Position numbers and translations under genes: made by a program. A stretch of 16,719 nt of DNA, from the NCBI GenBank assembly GCA_036351155.1, contig JAZBOO010000147.1:1-16719 (forward strand). Reading direction: 5' to 3'. The DNA comes from Candidatus Krumholzibacteriia bacterium (GTDB taxonomy: Bacteria; Krumholzibacteriota; Krumholzibacteriia; LZORAL124-64-63). A model generated the notes under the pieces. That model ran no database searches. It worked only from the letters and a program-made list of their open reading frames with translations, and was not told the DNA's origin. This document shows positions 15,933 to 16,719 of the stretch, one piece after another (position 1 is the first letter of the stretch; every line of letters starts with the position of its first letter).

Positions 15933-15961
15933 TTCAAACAGTGGGAAAAACCGGAAGTTCC
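15933..15961 (-). promoter_or_regulatory. Putative sigmaE/ECF-type promoter for the bamA operon
   Basis: Minus strand GGAACTT (15961-15955), 16-nt spacer, TTTGAA preceded by G. The -35 and spacer match the E. coli sigmaE consensus GGAACTT-N16-TCAAA; the -10 is imperfect. Confidence 0.5.
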
Positions 15962-16050
15962 CGATTGGTGTCCGGCCCCAAAAATAGGAAAAGCACAGCA
16001 GGAAGGGAAGCTGAGATTACAACCGGGGCGGTCCGGATTACCTGACGGCC

Positions 16051-16086
16051 AAACAAGAGGCCCCTCACCCGATGATGAGGGGCCTC
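16051..16086 (-). terminator. Intrinsic terminator downstream of clpC
   Basis: Perfect 11-bp stem GAGGCCCCTCA / TGAGGGGCCTC with an 8-nt loop, followed on the minus strand by TTGTTT; 25 nt after the clpC stop. Confidence 0.8.
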
Positions 16087-16111
16087 CAGAAATGGTCTTG
16101 TGGCCAGTCAA

Positions 16112-16719
16112 CTAGCCACTGGGCAACGATTTGACTTCTTCCTTGGGCCTGGCATCGAAGCTGAGCTTGGCTCCGTCAAAACCGATCAGCACATGCGAGC
16201 GGCTCTTCACCTCTCCCCGCAGGAGCTTTTCACTGAGGGGATCTTCCACATGCTTCTGGATCGCCCTGCGCAAGGGCCGGGCGCCCATCTTCGGGTCGAA
16301 GCCCACATCGCAGAGGTAGTCCTTGCAGTCCTGGGTGAATTCGAAATCGATCTCCAGGTTGCGCAGACGATCGCTGACGTCGGCCAGCAGGATCTCCACG
16401 ATCTGGGTGATGTCGTGTCGGCTCAAGGACCGGAAGGTGATGATTTCATCGATCCGGTTCAGGAACTCGGGACTGAAGGTTTTCCTCAGATCGGAGTCGA
16501 TGTTGCCCTGCACGCGCTGGTCGTTCTGGTCCTGCTCATCGCTGCCGAAGCCCACACCGCGCACGGAGTGGGTCTTGCGGCTGCCCACGTTGCTGGTCAT
16601 GATCAGCACGGAGTTCCGGAAGTCCACGGAGCGCCCGAAACTGTCGGTCAGTACACCGTCGTCCAGCACCTGCAGCAGGATGTTGTACACATCCGGTTGA
16701 GCCTTTTCGATCTCGTCCA
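16112..16719 (-). CDS. clpC: ATP-dependent Clp protease ATP-binding subunit (ClpC type), C-terminal part; 5' end outside the window
   Basis: The frame stays open to the window edge: DEIEKAQPDVYNILLQVLDDGVLTDSFGRSVDFRN..IMTSNVG, FSPEFLNRIDE, MGARPLRRAIQ. A GVGF ClpP-docking loop argues for ClpC/ClpA rather than ClpB. Confidence 0.88.
   Translation of the reverse strand, partial: DEIEKAQPDVYNILLQVLDDGVLTDSFGRSVDFRNSVLIMTSNVGSRKTHSVRGVGFGSDEQDQNDQRVQGNIDSDLRKTFSPEFLNRIDEIITFRSLSRHDITQIVEILLADVSDRLRNLEIDFEFTQDCKDYLCDVGFDPKMGARPLRRAIQKHVEDPLSEKLLRGEVKSRSHVLIGFDGAKLSFDARPKEEVKSLPSG

Noticed and set aside
15884..16115. Small ORFs in the clpC-bamA spacer (75 aa on -, 94 and 108 aa on +)
   Set aside because: They run across the terminator and/or promoter elements and show no coding-like composition or recognisable motifs.
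1..16719. tRNA, rRNA, CRISPR array, IS/transposase, prophage or defence genes
   Set aside because: Almost all sequence is accounted for by housekeeping CDSs; the spacers are short and show no repeat-spacer pattern, cloverleaf or terminal inverted repeats.

Overview
GC-rich chromosomal DNA from a Gram-negative (diderm) bacterium. The clpC-bamA-skp-lpxD-lpxC/fabZ-lpxA layout and the LpxC-FabZ fusion suggest an FCB-group relative such as Latescibacterota, Krumholzibacteriota or Gemmatimonadota (inference only). There are two minus-strand gene blocks separated by one plus-strand orphan lipoprotein gene. Right block: the 3' end of clpC and its terminator, then an outer-membrane/lipid A operon (bamA, skp, lpxD, lpxC-fabZ, lpxA, lpxB, DUF374/LpxJ-like acyltransferase, lpxK) with candidate tandem sigma70 and sigmaE-type promoters. 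Left block: a tightly coupled operon nadB - SAM methyltransferase - bshC - bshB1 - bshA; bshA runs off the left edge and is missing from the ORF track. The left block is the most interesting: a complete bacillithiol pathway with an embedded methyltransferase (candidate NmbA, N-methyl-bacillithiol), a BshC with altered conserved motifs, and L-aspartate oxidase leading the operon with no nadA/nadC in the window. No RNA genes, mobile elements or CRISPR arrays were seen.
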